A stretch of 63,936 nucleotides of DNA, the filler included, from Reclinomonas americana ATCC 50394 (Eukaryota), in the NCBI GenBank assembly GCA_048213135.1. It is 6 parts of 2 records of this genome, joined end to end, with 100 filler letters (N's around TTAATTAATTAA, not from the genome) between each part and the next. Parts side by side here need not be neighbours in the genome. Positions count along the whole stretch, not along the records: positions 1 to 15,191 come from PS015339.1; positions 15,292 to 27,686 come from PS015339.1; 4 more parts are not named here. One strand, given 5' to 3'. A model generated the notes under the pieces. That model was not told the origin of the DNA. It saw only the letters and a program-made list of their open reading frames with translations, and did no database searches. Positions 1 to 17,782 of this stretch are shown piece by piece. Positions within the stretch are counted from its first letter, which is position 1, and each line of letters opens with the position of its first letter. Made by a program: the position numbers and the translations under genes.

Positions 1-30
<30 letters not shown>
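1..30. repeat. (AG)n microsatellite
   Basis: Pure AG run at the window start. Confidence 0.95.
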
Positions 31-33
<3 letters not shown>

Positions 34-70
34 ACGAGAGAGACAGGGAGCGATGGAACGAGTGCGTGTT

Positions 71-322
71 TGTGAGAGAGACACAAAAGATGACAACGAA
101 CTGATGTCAAGCCACGTGCTGAACGCAGGGAGGAGCAAGGGAGCAGGCAGAGAGATGAATGAGACAGTGAGAAGGCACAGCGAGAAGAAGAGGAAGGATG
201 GAATGCGTCTGTGAGAGAGACTGTGCAGGTTGACAACAAACTGATGTCAGGCGATCGTCTCAATGCGAGGAGGAGTAAGGGAGCAGGCAGCGAGAGAGGG
301 ATGAGACAGTGAGCAGTCACAG
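71..322. repeat. Imperfect direct repeat, two ~110-bp copies (71-180, 210-322)
   Basis: Both copies share tgtgagagagac...tgacaac.aactgatgtca...ggaggag.aagggagcaggcag...atgagacagtgag...cacag. Confidence 0.85.
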
Positions 323-369
323 AAAGAGAGAGAGCGAGGAGTGATATAAAGCGCGAAGAGCAAAATCAC

Positions 370-950
370 CTGCTTCCGGATCCCTGGCAAACGCCTTCAA
401 CTTGGCATTGAGCGTTCGCAGTCGACTGGTGACAACGGGGAACGGCTTCGCTCCCGATGCGATCTCCTTGTCTGCGGCCAAACCCGCGATCAGAAAAAGT
501 GCACTGACACCCATTACTTATCACAGTGCAAGACAAACTACGATTCTCTCTCACTCTCTCTGTGTACGCGTGCCTCTCTGTGTCTTCCTGTCTCTCTCTC
601 TCTCTCACTTACGGACCTGATCGTCGCAGGTAGCGCAGCACAGCGAGGAAGAACTCCTCGCCAGCGTCACTCATTCTCTGTGCGTGAGTGAGAAGAGAGT
701 GAGTGCGACATCTCCACCCGCAGAGACACACACCACACAATGAACGCACTCTCTGCCTCTCTCTTTTACACACTCGGGTGCAGTGCGCCTGTGTGAGCTC
801 ACACACGCCGAGCAACACAATCAAACTCGCTTCCGTCAATCGGTCGGAGTGGTGAACTCGGTTCTTGTCGGGAGATGCGAGGGGCTTTTCGGAGCTCGCA
901 CGGAGCACTAGAACAAGCGCGATGCCTCTACGAAGCACACAGCAAAGGTC
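370..950 (-). CDS. Possible exons of a hypothetical minus-strand gene; boundaries uncertain
   Basis: Protein-like segments (MSDAGEEFFLAVLRYLRRS; ALFLIAGLAADKEIASGAKPFPVVTSRLRTLNAKLKAFARDPEA) bounded by GT/AG-like sites. No family recognised. Confidence 0.3.
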
Positions 951-1778
951 CGAGGTTCGTTGAATTCGAAAGGACTTGCAGCGCCTAAGATGATAATTGC
1001 AAGCTCGATCGCGAGTTTCTGCAGCAAGTAGGCAGGCGTCCGTGGCAGGGAAAGCATTCGGGAAGACAGGAAGAAGCTTTGTATTCAAGGGCGACATGCA
1101 GAACCGTAAACAACCCCTGTTTTCGAACTCGCAGTCGAATTCGAATTCGCAAACGTGGATCCGCTTGTTTCGCGAGATAGGACGCATGCTGCAAGTGGGC
1201 ACCTGTGCAGCAAAACAGTGGCTTGTTTTCTGATCCTTCAGTACAAACCGCACGAGATGGCCGAGGCCAACTTGCAGATCCAGTTTTCGAATTCGCGATC
1301 GATCGGGATCGCGATGATTTGTGAGACAGGCCACAAGCTGCAAGCGCACAGATGTGCACCAAGGGAGATGCTTTCGCGCTGGGAGACCAGCCTGCAAAAC
1401 CACTCGCGGAGAAACTGGATCGCATGCGTAAATCGAATTCCCCTGTGCCCCGCGAGGACTGGACTGCAGCACGCGCAGACCTGTACTGTAGAAGCAGCAT
1501 TCGCACGCAGTGCCAGAGCTTTCCAGTGTGAAAACCAACCCCACGCCAGTATCAATCAATTACAAAAAATCGAACACATCCTCGTTCTCGCCACCCTCTC
1601 TGCCTCCTCCACCGCAAGCTCTCCCTACTTACACAAAGGAATACACTCCCGCCCGCCTCTCTTCACGGCCACGAGCAGAACCACACACACAAAAACCCAC
1701 GAATCAATCCATCGAGTCGACCCCTCAACCTCTTTTGCCTTCTCCTCTCCACGCGCGCACACACCCCCTTTCCCTTCC

Positions 1779-6055
<4,277 letters not shown>

Positions 6056-6161
6056 AGAGACGCACTATATGAGTAAAATTGGTCCTGTATTTGATAAACA
6101 AGAGAAAACAACAACAACACAATAAACAACTAAACAACACAAAGCACAACAGCGAGGACAG

Positions 6162-8035
6162 TCAGGGGCATTCTTCTTCTTCTTCCTCCTCCTGCACCAC
6201 CACCACTCCTCTTCTACGCTCGCCGTCGAGCTCCTCGTGTGGTGAAAAATCGTAGTGTACACACACGAGGTGCCAGAGGCGAGTTGTCTCCAGACGCAGC
6301 ACCCGTTGACAGTGCAGCGCCAGCGCCAAGGATCCAGTGGCATTCGCCTCTCGTTCCTCGTCCATTTGCTCCACAGCATCCTCCGCCTTCACAATGGCAT
6401 CCAGTTCACACACCAACGACACGCCCTGCAGATACCGCAGGCGATCGACACCTCGCATGTCGTGTTCCGGTGGAATCACATAATTGGAGAGCAGTGAATC
6501 TGTCATCATCAACCACGCAAGTGCAGCGCAACGCAGCGATCAGCCACACGTGTTTTCGAGTGGAAGCGGACACGCACCGCACGCAATTGCTATACACACG
6601 TGCACGTACGTACCCGGGCCAGGCAACAGTGAATCCAAGTCGACAACGGCATCGCTGGCGGTGGCAACAGGCGACCACGACGCCGACAGCATCATCGGTG
6701 GTGACGATCGCTGCTGGTGATGCACATGGAGGTTGCCGTCGAGCTGCAGGCCACTAAGAAAGTCGCTACGCGGATTCTCGGCCACGGCATCGCCAATGGC
6801 TCTCACTGCCTCCTCCTCCAGCGGATTATCTGCGACGGGAGACAAAAAAAGAGGGTGGTGGGGGGTTGTTAGAGATTCACAAATTCCTGTATTCCGAGTT
6901 TTTTTTTGTGCGCCGCATTGACGGGACACACCTGTTAGATCGAGGGTCTCAAGGCGGTGCAGGCGGCGCACGAGAAGCGATACAGCATGCACGCCGCACA
7001 CGCCATTGGCTGCAATATCGATTTCGCGAGGTCAGTCACACATTCACTCGAGTGCGTCCTCGCGACACCGCTCACCACTGGCGTGCAGGGTGCGGAGCTG
7101 TGGCATACGCTCCGCAATCATACACAGACCCTCGTCGCCCGCATTATTAGCTGTCCCAACCCAAACACCAACTTAGCCAAATTGGGAAAAAGGAAAGCAT
7201 GCTCCGTACACGCCTCACGCACCATCGACCCACAAGCGACGCAGTGTGGGGGCGAATGCTGCCAGCGTTAAGCACATCACACCCTCCACTCCCAATTCGT
7301 TTCCTGCGGCAATCAAAAAACACGCAAGCCACACACAGGACATGTTCAGTACTCGAAATGAGGCAATCATACTCAAACTTCTTCTCCCGACACGCACACA
7401 AACACACTCCACCTGCCACATTTAACTCCGTCAAGTTTGACATGGACGACAGCGCAAGCATGCCGGCGACACCGAGTCGATTGTCTGTGCCAATATCCAT
7501 GCGCGTGTGAGTGAGAATTCGAAAAAGAGGTCCATTCCTCCGTTTCCACGGCGGCGGCGATATATACGGTGTTTGTACAAACCTCCCAATGCCAGATATT
7601 GCAGGCGTGGCAGGTGCTCGGCGATGACACTCGCGCCCTGCGATGCCACTCGATTCACTAATAGGAAACGGCCATCACGCATAAGTCAGAATTGGGTGTC
7701 CGGTCACGCCGGCATCCAAGCAATCTTCGCACAGCACGCACACATCTCACGCAACAATTCAACTCCAGCACGCGAATCCGCGATGGGAGGGCGGGTGCCA
7801 GAGAGCACGCTCTGCTGAGTGCCCGCGCAACGTCCTCGTCGCTGGCGTCTTCGTCGCAAAAGAGCACCTGGAATTCGGGCGGGAGATGACCACAAAGATG
7901 AGTGTGTGCGAGAGAAGAACACGAGCTGTCCGCCGCGGAAAACAGGCGACTCCAACGCACCTCGTCGTCGCTGTCGTCGCGCAGCAGTAGCACCTGCAGC
8001 AGCCGATGCGCGGTCGATCGTGGATCGTCGTCCAT
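6162..8035 (-). CDS. Leucine-rich repeat (RNI-like) protein with an unassigned C-terminal helical module
   Basis: Exons encode IRVLELNCC, NRVASQGASVIAEHLPRLQYLAL, NRLGVAGMLAL..NLTELNVA, GNELGVEGV, LHRLETLDLT|DNPLEEEAVRAIG. Ends EEEEEECP*. Confidence 0.85.
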
Positions 8036-8418
8036 GGGAGTTGTGTCTCGTCGCGATCTTGGTGGTGGGTGCAATCGCGAACTCGAGAGAGAAAACAACA
8101 GGAACACCGCTTCCACGACAGATGAGGCCGCCTGCATGGGAGGAGAGTGCGGCGGCGCGCGAGTGTCACACTGCCTGCCACCACCACCACAACCGCACAT
8201 GCAACACTCTCTGCGCGACGAGCGGTGCGAAGGAAAACTACGAACCTCCGACAAAATTTCGCTCCTCCGTGCCGCCGCCCTGTCGGCGACAAGTGCTGTG
8301 ATCGCGACGACCGCGTCGCCACCGCTCTCCTGATCGCGCACAATGGGAGAAATATGATTCACACACACACACACGCGCCAACACCGGGCTTTCGCAAACG
8401 CAAGATCGACGGTCGAAA

Positions 8419-8882
8419 ATGGAAGGTAGTGTCTCGATCACGCTGTCCTCTGGCGGGTCACTTGTTCACACTGCAATTTCCATCGTGTCGCCAAGAGCCG
8501 CCGGAGCGGCCACCGCCAACACCCTTTCTGGAGCTAGTGAAGCAGGTCATGTACAGGCGGATGCGCCGCTCCGCGTGAGCAGCTGCAGTCGCCTGCACGA
8601 TGTGTGAGCAAAATATAGAAAATATTCGACACCGGTACCAGCGGTGCTCCGTTTCGTGCCGCGCAGCCAATCGCCGGCATCTCGGTGTACATCGCCTAAC
8701 CTTGATGTTGAAGAACGCCCGCAAGGCTGTGTGTAGTACCCGCTGCACACGCTGGTGAGACGACTAGAAGGGAAAAGGGCGGTTTGTTCGTGACAACCAT
8801 ACTACAATTCTGCACGATCGAGCGCCAGCGTACCTCAAGAGCAGAAGCAGCAGCACCATGCACATGCACGCCACACAATGAG
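8419..8882 (+). CDS. Possible small spliced hypothetical gene
   Basis: cgaaaATGGAAG|gtagtg...aag| gives MEEPPERPPPTPFLELVKQVMYRRMRRS followed by a gtgagc donor. Downstream exons are ambiguous. Confidence 0.2.
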
Positions 8883-8979
8883 CGGACTGCGTTTTCGCAG
8901 GTTAGGACGACGATGCAATCAATGGATCAATAAACCAAATTATTGGTCCATGTTCGCCAGGTGTACATGTGGACAAGCT

Positions 8980-11900
8980 TCATTGCATTTCCTGCAACCG
9001 ATCGATGCTGCTCTGCAGTGTGGCGATCGCAGCATCGTGCCCAGCCACCGTTTCCCTGTGCGAACGTGCGCATGAATGAATGGAGGGTGGAAAATTGAGA
9101 GTCGGAGGAGATCACACGACTGAAAGAGTGCGCAAACCGATGCTTGGCCACCACGTCTGCTGGCGCCGACAGCATGAACTCTGGATTCCGCAACAGCTGC
9201 GCCGACTTGCCTCGCTGCGCCTCGATTTTCGCAATCTGCAACCGCCATTCAACACCACGCGCCGGTGAAAAGAGAGCACCTCAATCGCACACGACACACT
9301 TTCTCACCTTGTTGCGCAGACGTGCAATGTCATCGGCGACCTTGGTGCGGTCGACGGGGATACCGACAGAGCACTCGGGCGACGCCACTTGCACGGCAAA
9401 GGCCTTTCGATGCGAAAACGGAGGCATTCGATAGTGATAAGTGCACACACCCACACGTTTTCCAGTCAGCCAAGCAAACCTTGTCAAACACACTCGGATC
9501 GCTGCTCACGGTCATCTCTGTCACGTGGCACAGGCGGCAGAGCTCGGCTCTGTACGATTCCAGCAGCGATGACACCGCCTCCGGCTGCACCTTGTCAGTC
9601 ACCAGGACCACGAGCTTTGGCAGGAACAACGACGCGTTGGTCGAGGTGCCGCGCAGCGAGCGCACTCCGTGCACCACGCGGTTCAGCGTCTCCATCGATC
9701 GCACCGCATCAACTTGCTCCGCGGCTGCGGCCACGGGCGCCAGCAGTGACGGGCTCGGAAATCGCGCCACAATCAGAGCCGCGGGCTTGGACGGCGACGG
9801 TGGGAGGTGGGAGAACAGTTCCTGCCAGAGCCACAATCAGTACAGACGACACTAGAAGCGCGTGCTGCTGTCTGCGCTGCTGACTCACCTCGGACAAGAA
9901 CGGCATGATGGGATGCACAAGGCGGAGGGCCAGGTCCAGACACGTGTTCAGCGTGTCCAGTGCCGTCTGCTTACGCAGTGGCTGGCGAGAGGCAAAAACA
10001 GGTTGGGAGAGAGACAGAAAGCAAGTCGGGGCACTTACAACGCACCTCGGCTCCGTACAGTGCCGGCTTGACAAACTCGAGATACACATCGCAGAATTCA
10101 CCGAGGAAGAAGCCGTGGAAGGCGTCGACGGCGTCGCCAAACTCGTACTTTGACAGCGCCGTGTCCATCGCCTGCGCAGCGACGGTTAGGCGATGCAAGA
10201 TCCACCAGTCGGCCGTCTGCAGTCTGTGCGCAGCGAGTGTGGGTGGTTGTGCGACCATTGCGCGATCAAACACAAACACACACTAATGAGCACGCGACTG
10301 TGACATGCGTGCCGAGTCCCACACGCTTCCTGTCTGTGCGCACACCACCGGCGAGTAGGCGTACCAGCTCGCGTTGGAGGAGTTGTGCATGTTGACAAAG
10401 CGCGCAGCTTGCCACATCTTATTGCAGAAGTGCAAGTCGGCGACCAGTCGAGCCAGACTCATGTTGATTTGACGCGCCTACAGGCCACCAACTGTCAACA
10501 CTACAACACAACAAAGGAATGCAAGATCTACTTTTCTGCACGCACTTGCCGAGTGTAACCGAGCAGCGTGAATCGCAGCGTGTCGGCACCGCACGCCGGA
10601 ATGCCGTTGGGAAAGTCGCGCTGGAACTGTGCAAACGATCTGCATCGAGAGGTGAGTATGTACACACACACATACGGACGCTTGTGAGTCTCGACAGTTG
10701 CAGTAAATGACCTCTCAACCTCCTCCTTGGGCAGGAAGCTGGAGGCCAGCGTCTGTCGCATCTTTGCCGGAGTCACTCCATTGATGACGTCCATGGGATC
10801 AATGACATTGCCGCGACTCTTGCTCATCTTGCGTCCTTGCGCGTCTCGTACCTGCGTTGGTGGGCGATGGTGAGCTGAGTGACCTTTGCTCGATTGCCGT
10901 GCGCCTGCTAACCAACCATGGAGTGCAACACAATGGTCCTGAATGGCGGCACGGACTGCGGATGGAGCTCGGTGCACAACATGGCCATGCGACCCACCCA
11001 GAAGAACAAAATATCGGCGCCCGTCTCCATCACCGTCAGCGGGTACGACTGCCACCAGCAGTCAGAGAGAGGGAGTGGGAGTGGGAAAGAGAGAGATGGA
11101 GAGGGGAAGGGCAACAAGGAGGTGTTTGCGCACGCACCGATGCATCCACGGGTCCGGGCCACCCATTGATAGAGAGCGGCAGAAGGCCAGACGAAAACCA
11201 CGTGTCCAGCACGTCGTCGTCTTGTTTCAGCTTGACATTGGCGCCGAATTTGGCGCGCGCACGCTCCAGTGCCTCCGCTTCGGTGCGCCCGACCACCCAC
11301 TGCTCTGCCTCCAACGACACCGGCAGTCCACTGTCCTCCTCACCCTCTTGTAAGACACGAAAGGCGGGGATGCGATGACCCCACCACAGCTGACGGGAGA
11401 TGCACCAGTCGTGGATGTTGTCTGCAGGGTCGTCAGCAAACTACCACTCACTCACATTCATATCACTGACGTACACACACACGCACCCATCCACTGCAGC
11501 CAGGTTTCCTTGTACTCGGGAGGAGTGACTTGCACGGTTCCAGAGCGCACCAACTCGGCCGCTTTCGCTCCCAGCTTGTCACCTCGCAGATACCTGCAAG
11601 GCACTCTCGTTGAGCCACCTTCACGCTTCGCTTTCATCACCGTCAGCATACCCGACGTACCATTGCGGCACAAGCATCGGTTCCAGCACATCACCGGAAC
11701 GCGAACAGAGCGCCACACGCATCGAATTGGGCGAGCGACCGATGTACAAGCCCTTGTCTTTCAGCATCTCTATGACTTTTTCGCGTGCGTCCAGCCGGTG
11801 CATGCCCTATCACGAAGAAGAAAAAAGCACAATCAGAGGAAGAAAGGCACGAGAGGGTGCAATGTGAGAGGAGACGAGACCTTGAGTTGTGAGCCCGCCT

Positions 11901-13696
11901 GTTGGGTGACAAAGCCCGACTCGTCGAAAATGGAGAGCATTTGCAGACCGTGCCGGCGTCCACAGTCGTAGTCCTCAAACGAATGTGCCGGCGTCAACTG
12001 CGCATTCGAGGCCACCCTCAAGTGAGAGCCTGCACAAAAGAGACACGCACAGGTGCCAACAAGCATGCACACCTTGACAACACCCGAGCCGAATTTGGGG
12101 TCGACCAGCTGTGCGTCGGCGACAATCGGCACCTTGCGGCCGGTGACGGGATTGTATGCATGTTGGCCGATCAAGTGCTGCGAGATGCGAAGACATAATG
12201 AGAACGGCGGTGGTGGTGTGGAGTGCGAGGAATGGACGGGCGGGTGGCTCACTTGGTAGCGCGGATCGTCGGGATGCACAGCCAGGCCCGTGTCACCGGG
12301 AATCGTCTCTGGCCGCGTGGTGGAGACGGGAATGCCGCGACCAGGCGAACACGAGGGATCGAGGGGATATACCACATCGTAGAGCCATCCGAACTCGTAC
12401 TTGCGTGGACGACCCGGCACAGCCAAGCGACGCGGTGCCGTCACCTCCTCCCAGTCGACCTCAATGTCGGAAATGGCCGTGCGCAACGCCGGGCACCAGT
12501 TGACCACCCGCGTGTCTCGGTACAGCAGTCCGCGATCAAAGAGCTGCACAAATGCCTCGGTCACGGCTGCACTGCGCGGCTGATCCAGAGTGAAGAAGGC
12601 CTCGTTCCAGTCCATGGTGGCGCCCATGCGTGACTGCGGTGAGAGATGAGGCTGAAAAGAGAGAGAGAGGGAGTATTCAGCCCACCCACCACTTGCTCCC
12701 GAATGGCACTCCCATTGTCGTCACTGTACTGCTGCACGAGCTTGACGAACTCGCGTCGGCCGACATCGTGGCGAGTGAGCTGCATCAGCCGTGAGTGCGC
12801 TGCGGCTTTGTCGGCACGAGATCATTGACGCACTTTCTGCTCCGCCATCAGCTTCTTCTCCACCATGACCTGCGTGGCGATGCCGGCGTGGTCTGTGCCT
12901 GGCGTCCAGCGGATGCTGTGGCCGTTCATGCGATGGTAGCGAATCATGGCGTCCTGGGGAGACGATAGAAGAGAGGACGGGTGAGGAGAGAGTGGAGTCG
13001 TGAGAGAGACATGCAGGCACACAGGGAGGCAGACAAGGAGGCAGGTGCGGACAAGAGGGACAGACAAGGAGCCTGGTTGACATGAAGGCAAGCAGAATGC
13101 AAGGAAAAGCAGACAACGGGGAAGCAGAGAAGCATCCAATCAACAAGCCAGACAGATGAGAAGGAGTCTCACTGCTTGAAAGGCAGACAAGGGAGCATAC
13201 AAACTGAGAGACAAGTACGCAGACGGACAATGACAGACTAGAAGACAAGTATAGGAATGCAGACTCGTAACCGGCCTGACTGCTGCAAGACCAACCTCAA
13301 TGGCCACAGTCAACGCATGCCCAATGTGCAAGCGACCGGTGACATTGGGAGGTGGCAAGAGCACAGTGAACGGAGGACTCTTCTGCTCACTCGCGGCAAT
13401 AGTCGACGACAACAGTCCTGTGACACAGAGCAGTGTGTGAGAGAGAAGAGACAGAGACAAAAGAGAGACAAAGAGACTTGCATCTGACCATGGTCGTTCC
13501 ACCAGCGCAACCACTTGCTCTCCACCTCCACCTGCATGCATTGCTGATCAGAAGACAAGTGTGACTGTGCACAGAGAGAGAAAGAGAGAGGTGCAACTGG
13601 GTTGTATGGACGATCAAGCCCACTTGCTGCTGCCTGTGTGCTCATGTGTGCACGCAGTCGGTGTCGCGCAAGCATGCGCGACAACTGCAACACCAT
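8980..13696 (-). CDS. VARS2: Valine--tRNA ligase, probably mitochondrial (multi-exon)
   Basis: [15 protein letters not shown] (HIGH), [80 protein letters not shown]. Arg-rich N-terminus [20 protein letters not shown]; ends IDRLQEMQ*. Confidence 0.95.
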
Positions 13697-14062
13697 TGTC
13701 GCAGTGGTGGACGACTGGGAAATCGAGCAGGACATTGAATGGGAAGGGCAAAGCAACGAAGTGGGGCAGTGCGTGAAGTGACAAAGCAGGCGACATCGAG
13801 AGGTGTGGAGAGAGAATGCATGCGGATATTGCAGTTTCTTTTCCGATTACAGCTGCAGCGAAAGAGGAAGGAGGTTCATGCGGTTCTCACACGCGAAGAC
13901 TGCGTCCATTTACTGCTGCGTTCTCATGCACGGGCATGCATACGCTAGTACGCACGCATGGCGGGGATGACCTGCGAACGGAGCAACACATGAGAACACT
14001 GCTGCTGCTCGAATTGTTCCACCACCATCGATATCGCCGGCGCCACCTCACACTCAACGTGG

Positions 14063-15191
14063 TCAAATCGCGTCCATTGTGCCATCGGTAGAGATGCCGA
14101 GCACAGAGAGGTTGGTGCTGTCGAGGTTGACAAGCAGCTCCGGGACGCCAGAGTCGGGAAGGATTCCAATCTGCGTGCGACAGTGAGTCATGATCACCGA
14201 GTGTGACAGGGACGTCGGCCAGCAGCGCACCAACAGAGTGCCAGCATCATCACCAGCGGTGGGCAACGTGAGACGCACGTGCACGCGCACCACCGCCGCC
14301 AGTGCGCCCTGCGAAGACAGCTGCTCCACCAGTGCACGAGCCACGCCATGCTGCCGAGAGTCCGTCGTCGCGGTGTTGTCCTCAGTCACGGCGCGATTGC
14401 CGCTCCTCGTCTTGCACCCGACGAGCAAGAGAATGAACTTGCACGGATCATCACGCAGTGGAAGGGACGCCACCACGTCGGGACCACTCGGCAGCAGCGC
14501 GACATACGGCTTGCGTTGCCACACAAGCCCCGATGTTGCGCCACCCGTACTCTGCTCCGCACGTGCCGTCTCCACGCACAGCCGCACAAAGTCAACGGCG
14601 GTCGACTTTACAGACGGAATGGCGGCACGGTCGCCCTCGCCGGTGCCGAATACGTCGTCCAGGACGGCGTGAGCCAGTGCCACTGTGCGGGCAAGAGTGC
14701 TGGCATCGCGCAGATCCCAAATCACTGGTCGCTTCGGCGGCGGCGCCACGCTGGTCAGCAGGTGGCACATCGTCTCCGTCGCCGACGATGCCTCCGAGTT
14801 GCGAANNNNNNNNNNNNNNNNNNNNNNNNNNNNNNNNNNNNNNNNNNNNNNNNNNNNNNNNNNNNNNNNNNNNNNNNNNNNNNNNNNNNNNNNNNNNNNN
14901 NNNNNNNNNNNNNNNNNNNNNNNNNNNNNNNNNNNNNNNNNNNNNNNNNNNNNNNNNNNNNNNNNNNNNNNNNNNNNNNNNNNNNNNNNNNTTGTACTGT
15001 CGTGAGCGGGGCCGGGCAGGGGGAGTGAGAAGCTAGGGAGGGGAGGGAGGGAGGAGAGAGAGAGAGAGAGCAGGCCACGGCGACGCAACAGGAGGTGCTC
15101 CGCCAGGGCGGCTCGCAGACCACTCTCGCAGAGGGAGATGGCGACGCACTCTTCCAGCGCACAGCGTCGGGCCCGCGGTCGCCTCGATGGC
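14063..15191 (-). CDS. Hypothetical protein, 3' part (5' end lost at the scaffold edge)
   Basis: Long protein-like exon (~14230-14805) spliced to a last exon IGILPDSGVPELLVNLDSTNLSVLGISTDGTMDAI*. Confidence 0.6.
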
Positions 15192-15291
15192 NNNNNNNNN
15201 NNNNNNNNNNNNNNNNNNNNNNNNNNNNNNNNNNNTTAATTAATTAANNNNNNNNNNNNNNNNNNNNNNNNNNNNNNNNNNNNNNNNNNNN
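15192..15291. other. Artificial scaffold linker N44-TTAATTAATTAA-N44
   Basis: 12-mer with stops in all six frames, flanked by 44 N on each side. Confidence 0.97.
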
Positions 15292-15497
15292 CGTACCCGT
15301 CGTCCTTGCCAGCGTCGTCGTCCTCCTCCTCGTCGTCTTCCTCGTCGTCATCGTCATCGACTGCGTTTTCGGTGCGAACTACGGCGACCACGGTGGTGGT
15401 CGACATCCTCAGCGAGGCGACGCGCGCGGTGCCGCTGGCCGACACGCTGCGCACGCTCAACCTCACCAACTGCAAGCGACTCGGCAATGCCGGTACG

Positions 15498-15528
<31 letters not shown>

Positions 15529-17751
15529 CGCTGATACACAAGCACTTCTTTTGCGGTACTCATGAGATTATCTCGGCAGGTGTGCGCCAGTTGGCTGGTT
15601 TCCACGCGCTAGAGACGCTGGTGTTGGAGGGTGTGCCGTCTGTTGGTGCACAGGGCCTGGAGAGCATTGCAAGCGTGAGTCACCTTCTCACGTCCTTGCG
15701 CTCGTGCCTCGCTGTGTTGACGCCTCGGCCTTGTTGATGGCTCATACGTTTTCTGCACGTATTTTTGCGTATGTTCGCTGCTGCTGCTGCTGCCGTCGTC
15801 GCTGCTGCTGCTGCGTAGACACTGTGGAGTTTGCGCACGCTGTCGTTGAAGCGCAACGACAAGCTGAATGGCACAGCCATTGATGCGCTGGAGCCACTAA
15901 AGGACACACTCACTGACCTCAATTTGGCCATGTGCTCCTCGCTGCACACAAAAGACCTGCGGTCGCTGGCCAAGCTGACCGAGCTGCGCGTGCTCAACAT
16001 TTTCCGATGCAGCAAAGTCACCGATCAAGTGGCCACATACCTGCAGGTGCGCGCGCGCGCGCATGTTATTGCAGCAGGCAGTGGAACAGTTACTCACTGT
16101 CATGCAGCCACTGAAACAACTGGAGCACCTCGACGTGGCCGAGTGCGGACGCATCGGCTGCGGCATGCTTGCCTCACTCGCGCGACACAATCACGCGCTG
16201 CGCCGGCTCATTCTTTCCGGAACGCAGACTGCCGATGTTGGCATGCAAACGTGAGTACGTGTGGTGTGTGAGGCTCAACGCCACATCCAGTGACCTCACT
16301 GTGCATCCATCAGGCTGCCAATGTTGAAGAATCTCGAGTATCTCAACCTGCGCGGCTGCAAAATGATTTCCCCTGACGGCCTCTCCTTTATTACACAACT
16401 AGAAAATTTGGTAGGCACTCATGCACGAGGTGTGCACAAGGAGTTTGCTCATTATGCGTCTGCGCAGACCAACTTGAATCTGCAAGACACGCATGCCGAC
16501 GAGCTGATGCTCTCGGAGCTGCATGAGCGGCTACATCGTCTGGAGACACTCAACTTGTCGTTTTGCCCCAACGTGACCGACGATTCGTGCGAGTGGTTGG
16601 CCGAACTGGCGCCATCACTGCAGGTATTAAAGGTCGACGGCACCAGCATCGAGTCCGACGGCGCCTGGCAGCAGCTCCACCGGCTACGACACTTGCGTGT
16701 TCTGTGCGCCGAAGAACCACTGGGTCTTGGTGCGTCTCGCCAGAATTGCTTCGGCTCGCATCGAGGTAACTTGCTCATGCCCCTGTCCGTAGCCGACGAC
16801 GGTTTTGCTGCACTGTGCGCGTCGCTGTCAGAGTTGCGTGTCCTCGACTTGCCTCGGTGCATGGGCGTGTCGGCGCACGGGACACACCACCTTGCGCGTC
16901 TCCACTGTCTGGAGGTGCTGGATTTGACGGGCTCGAACATCGACGACACGGTAAGTGCTGCGTTGCAATACGCCCAGTGTTTCATGATGCAGTGAGTCAC
17001 CACTGTGTGTGCAGGCGTTGAGGTTGTTGAGTGAGACCTCGTGCCGGAACACGCTGACGTCACTGTATCTTGGCGGCTGTCTTGGTGTCGGCGACGAGGG
17101 CGTGGCTTCGATCTCGACCTTTCGTCATCTGCGCCGTTTGCTGCTGGACGGCTGCGTTGGCATCTCGCCGATGGGTCTGTCGCCGTTGACGTCGCTGGTG
17201 AAGCTGGTCGACCTCTCGCTGCAGCACACGTTGGTCTGTTGGGGGGAAAGCGCACTTTTCTCTATTCACGGTACTTGACCTGACCCAATGTTGACGCCGC
17301 AGGTGGAAGACATGAGCCTGCGCTTTCTTCTGCAGCTGGTGGCACTGCGTAGTTTGCACCTCGAGGGCTGCGATGGGCTCACCGACGCTGTGTTTGAGCA
17401 CATTACACCGCTCAAGCGTCTCACCTACCTCAATGTCACCAATTGCGCCGTGTCGGATGTGGGGCTGCTGAAACTGCGTGGTGAGTGGTGGAGTTGCAGT
17501 GGAGCAATCGGTGTGTACTTGTGAGTTGACGATGGACTTTGCTTCGTGCACACAGTGATGCGCAACATGCAAGCCCTTCGTGTTTCCGAGCGCCCCGGCG
17601 TAACCAGTCGAGGCATTCAAACTCTACTAGGTACATCCTTCCCTCCTCTCACCCTCCCATGCTTCTTCTGTCGCTCATGAATGTGCTGTGCGATTGCAGA
17701 GCTGGACAACATCTCATCGCTCAAGGTGCACCGATGGGAACCACCTTTTAG
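15292..17751 (+). CDS. LRR protein (AMN1/FBXL-like Cys-containing repeats), 5' truncated
   Basis: Repeated LxxLxLxxCxxxxD across many exons: LRTLNLTNCKRL, LTDLNLAMCSSL, LRVLNIFRCSKVTD, LEYLNLRGCKMI, LETLNLSFCPNVTD, LRSLHLEGCDGLTD. Ends KVHRWEPPF*. Confidence 0.9.
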
Positions 17752-17782
17752 CCCGTGAGGCAACATTAAACAGTAATTTACT

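Noticed and set aside
15236..15247. TTAATTAATTAA as a piggyBac TTAA site or regulatory palindrome
   Set aside because: It always sits inside exactly 44+44 Ns, so it is a synthetic spacer.
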